Source: an uncultured Nitrososphaerota archaeon (GTDB taxonomy: Archaea; Thermoproteota; Nitrososphaeria; Conexivisphaerales; DTJL01). Taken from it: a stretch of DNA of 64,000 nt. A program made the translations under genes and the position numbers. The notes beneath the pieces are model-generated. The model ran no database searches. It saw only the letters and a list, made by a program, of their open reading frames with translations, and was not told where the DNA came from. Below, in pieces: positions 63,308 through 64,000 of this stretch. Numbering within the stretch: the first letter of the stretch is position 1; every line of letters begins with the position of its first letter. The stretch spans positions 416,001 to 480,000 of the forward strand of contig CAWJIE010000005.1 in NCBI GenBank assembly GCA_963842885.1. The letters are read 5' to 3'.

Positions 63308-64000
63308 TCAACTTGGAGAGTTTTCAATCTTTTTCGCGAACGACTCCAACTCATCTGCTGTGGGGCTTCCTCTCGTGTCTCTGTGTGTCGCCTTGAAGCT
63401 CCCCGCATAGTTGGCGAGCATCAGGGAGTCCTCCGGCGAGCGACCCAAGACGATCTGGACGGCGAAGCAGCCAATAAAGGCGTCGCCGCAGCCCACGGTG
63501 TTCACCGCTTTCATGCCCAGGGCGGAGAGGTCCACCCCAGCCACCTCCTCCTCGATGCCGGGTCCCAGCATGATTGCTCCGTTCCTCCCTCTCGTCACCA
63601 CTAGCTTCAACTCCTCCTGGAAATTGCTGAGCTCCCGGTATGCGGCCGCTAGCGTCGAAGCCCCGGCCAAGTTCATGACCTCGGCCTCGTTGAGTACAAG
63701 GTAGTCTACGTACTTCAGCAGCTTGGTCACGGCCGCAGCCCCCTTGAGGGTGCGCACGCCGGGCGCCCACAGCCGCGGGATAGGACGCCTCGACGCGGTC
63801 CAAAGGAGGGCATGAGTGAAGTCCAACGGCGTGTCCATCACTACCAAGAAGCGTATCGTGTTGAGGACCTGTTTGACGCCCGGACTCTCAAGGAGGGTTG
63901 GCTTCAGGGAGGCGTTCGCTCCGAAGTAGGTGTTGATGGCGTTCTGGCCCCCGTCATCTATGAGGATGTATGCTTGGCCGGACTCCACGTTCTTGAGCCT
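63308..64000 (-). CDS. PfkB-family carbohydrate kinase (5' end outside window)
   Basis: NEAE, VTRGRNGA, NTVGCGDAF. Confidence 0.92.
   Translation of the reverse strand, partial: RLKNVESGQAYILIDDGGQNAINTYFGANASLKPTLLESPGVKQVLNTIRFLVVMDTPLDFTHALLWTASRRPIPRLWAPGVRTLKGAAAVTKLLKYVDYLVLNEAEVMNLAGASTLAAAYRELSNFQEELKLVVTRGRNGAIMLGPGIEEEVAGVDLSALGMKAVNTVGCGDAFIGCFAVQIVLGRSPEDSLMLANYAGSFKATHRDTRGSPTADELESFAKKIENSPS

Noticed and set aside
1-64000. CRISPR array, tRNA or rRNA genes
   Set aside because: No regularly spaced repeats or cloverleaf/rRNA signatures recognised by eye; intron-containing tRNAs could be missed without tRNAscan-SE.

Overview
GC-rich archaeal chromosomal DNA, most consistent with a non-ammonia-oxidising Nitrososphaerota/TACK lineage (TFIIB, aIF-1, Sua5, arcadin-1, Zn-ferredoxin, PINA ATPase, Lhr helicase, short SMC-like operon). 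It holds about 70 mostly housekeeping or metabolic genes: NfnAB, NAD salvage, purA/purB, tdh/kbl, a xanthine dehydrogenase-type Mo enzyme with MoeA/MocA/XdhC, ThyX, two dCTP deaminase/dUTPase paralogs and heme O synthase. A transposase 3' end lies at the left edge. More than 20 genes, essential ones included, are split by single-base indels, most likely long-read assembly errors. The most striking unexplained signal is an exact 12-bp asymmetric motif, GTGCTTCCTAGT, present five times (39692+, 47146+, 48152+, 48583-, 63132-), once inside a coding sequence. Each copy is preceded, on its own strand and on one side only, by about 150-300 bp of strong C depletion and T/G enrichment that also rewrites synonymous codons regardless of gene direction. 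Motif polarity flips across a small Zn-ribbon gene enclosed by two inverted copies. This looks like the footprint of an undescribed orientation-dependent DNA transaction (local single-strand exposure or targeted deamination). No tRNA, rRNA or CRISPR array was recognised.
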